A stretch of 63,002 nt of DNA, filler included. It is 14 parts of 14 records of this genome, joined end to end, with 100 filler letters (N's around TTAATTAATTAA, not from the genome) between each part and the next. Parts side by side here need not be neighbours in the genome. Positions count along the whole stretch, not along the records: positions 57,941 to 63,002 come from SRR11831586_704; 13 more parts are not named here. The stretch is one strand, 5' to 3'. Made by a program: the position numbers and the translations under genes. Of the stretch, positions 61,251 to 63,002 are shown piece after piece. The notes under the pieces were generated by a model, which worked only from the letters and a program-made list of their open reading frames with translations, searched no databases and was not told where the DNA came from. Within the stretch, counting starts at the first letter, position 1; every line of letters starts with the position of its first letter.

Positions 61251-62952
61251 CAACTTTATTGTCGTCACCAAAGGGGCCGAGCGTATTTCCGAGGTTTCTG
61301 CCCGCTTTACCTTAGACGCGATGCCCGGCAAACAGATGGCGATTGACGCCGATCTTAACGCCGGATTGATCAACCAGGCGCAGGCGCAAACCCGGCGTAA
61401 AGATGTTGCCAGCGAGGCCGATTTCTACGGCGCGATGGACGGGGCATCGAAGTTTGTGCGCGGGGACGCCATCGCCGGGATGATGATTCTGGCGATCAAC
61501 CTGATCGGCGGCGTCTGTATCGGGATCTTCAAATACAACCTGAGCGCCGATGCTGCCTTCCAGCAGTATGTGCTGATGACCATCGGCGACGGCCTGGTGG
61601 CGCAGATCCCTTCCCTGCTGCTCTCCACCGCGGCGGCGATTATCGTCACCCGCGTCAGCGACAACGGCGATATCGCCCATGACGTGCGTAACCAGCTGCT
61701 GGCAAGCCCGTCGGTGCTCTACACCGCCACCGGGATTATGTTCGTGCTGGCGGTGGTACCGGGAATGCCGCACCTGCCGTTTTTGCTGTTCAGCGCCCTG
61801 CTTGGTTTTACCGGCTGGCGGATGAGCAAACAGCCGCTGGCGGCGGAGGCGGAAGAGAAAAGCCTCGAAACGCTGACCCGCACCATCACCGAAACCAGCG
61901 AGCAGCAGGTCAGTTGGGAAACCATTCCGCTGATCGAGCCTATCAGTTTAAGCCTCGGTTACAAACTGGTGGCGCTGGTGGACAAAGCACAGGGTAACCC
62001 GCTCACCCAGCGGATTCGCGGCGTGCGGCAGGTGATTTCTGACGGCAACGGCGTGCTGCTGCCGGAGATCCGCATTCGGGAAAACTTCCGCCTTAAGCCC
62101 AGTCAGTACGCCATTTTCATCAACGGCATAAAGGCTGATGAAGCGGATATTCCGGCGGATAAACTGATGGCCCTGCCCTCCAGCGAAACCTACGGCGAGA
62201 TTGACGGCGTGCAGGGGAACGACCCGGCGTACGGGATGCCGGTCACCTGGATCCAGGCGGCGCAGAAAGCGAAGGCGCTGAATATGGGGTATCAGGTGAT
62301 CGACAGCGCCAGCGTGATCGCTACCCATGTAAATAAGATTGTGCGCAGCTATATTCCTGATTTGTTTAACTATGATGATATTACGCAGTTGCATAACCGT
62401 TTATCGTCGACGGCACCGCGTCTGGCGGAAGATTTGAGCGCGGCGCTCAATTACAGCCAGTTGCTGAAAGTGTACCGGGCGCTGCTGACCGAAGGCGTTT
62501 CCCTGCGCGATATCGTCACCATCGCCACCGTGCTGGTCGCCAGTAGCACGGTGACGAAAGATCATATTCTGCTGGCGGCCGATGTGCGCCTGGCATTGCG
62601 GCGCAGCATTACCCATCCGTTCGTTCGCAAGCAGGAGCTGACGGTGTATACGCTGAATAATGAGCTGGAAAATCTGCTGACCAACGTGGTGAATCAGGCG
62701 CAACAGGGCGGGAAAGTGATGCTCGACAGCGTGCCGGTCGATCCGAATATGCTCAACCAGTTCCAGAGTACGATGCCACAGGTGAAAGAGCAGATGAAAG
62801 CGGCGGGGAAAGACCCGGTGCTGCTGGTGCCACCGCAGCTGCGCCCTTTGCTGGCGCGTTATGCAAGGTTGTTTGCGCCGGGGCTGCATGTGCTGTCGTA
62901 TAACGAAGTGCCGGATGAGCTGGAGTTGAAGATTATGGGGGCGTTGATGTAA
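61248..62952 (+). pseudogene. lfhA: 5'-truncated lateral flagellar export protein FlhA homologue (fhiA); the ORF opens at 61213 inside lafU antisense sequence
   Basis: Homology begins at INFIVVTKGAERISEVSARFTLDAMPGKQMAIDADL; first TM helices absent. Confidence 0.88.
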
Positions 62953-62974
62953 GTATCCAGCATTGGTGCACAAC

Positions 62975-63002
62975 TGCCGGATGCGGCGTGAACGCCTTAT
63001 CC
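62975..63002. repeat. REP sequence at window end
   Basis: tgccggatgcggcgtgaacgccttatcc. Confidence 0.9.

Overview
This window is not one locus. It is a pseudo-scaffold of 14 unrelated contigs joined by 13 identical 100-bp artificial linkers (N44-TTAATTAATTAA-N44). Eleven contigs are Escherichia coli chromosomal fragments from widely separated loci: ubiX'-argT-hisJ; tsaA'-proS-yaeF; hyaB'A-serT-yccA-tusE-yccX-rlmI-hspQ'; tehB'A-ydcK-rimL-ydcH'; ybhL'MN-clsB-ybhPQRSF'; ycaM'DC-dmsCBA-serS'; rplA'JL-rpoB-rpoC'; dhaM'LK'; tsx-yajI-nrdR-ribD; ratB'A-smpB-ssrA-intA; yafPON-dinB-lafU-lfhA. They look K-12-like, and the ybhS and dhaM frameshifts look like homopolymer sequencing errors. Three contigs (1-2086, 13712-18039, 29299-31687) come from an unidentified, intron-dense eukaryote, plausibly a bacterivorous protist co-sequenced with E. 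coli. I reconstructed by hand a 4-exon GCIP/CCNDBP1-like gene, a 10-exon fragment of THADA/Trm732, and a 15-exon fragment of an armadillo-repeat gene. In the armadillo gene every exon encodes one repeat, every intron is phase 1, and one GC-AG intron carries an internal AG|GTAAG site. I found no new prokaryotic system. The strongest leads are the armadillo gene architecture and its splicing oddities, a small ORF with a strong Shine-Dalgarno site after yafP, and an RpoC S143F substitution. Gene identities come from recalled protein families and reference sequences, not from database searches.
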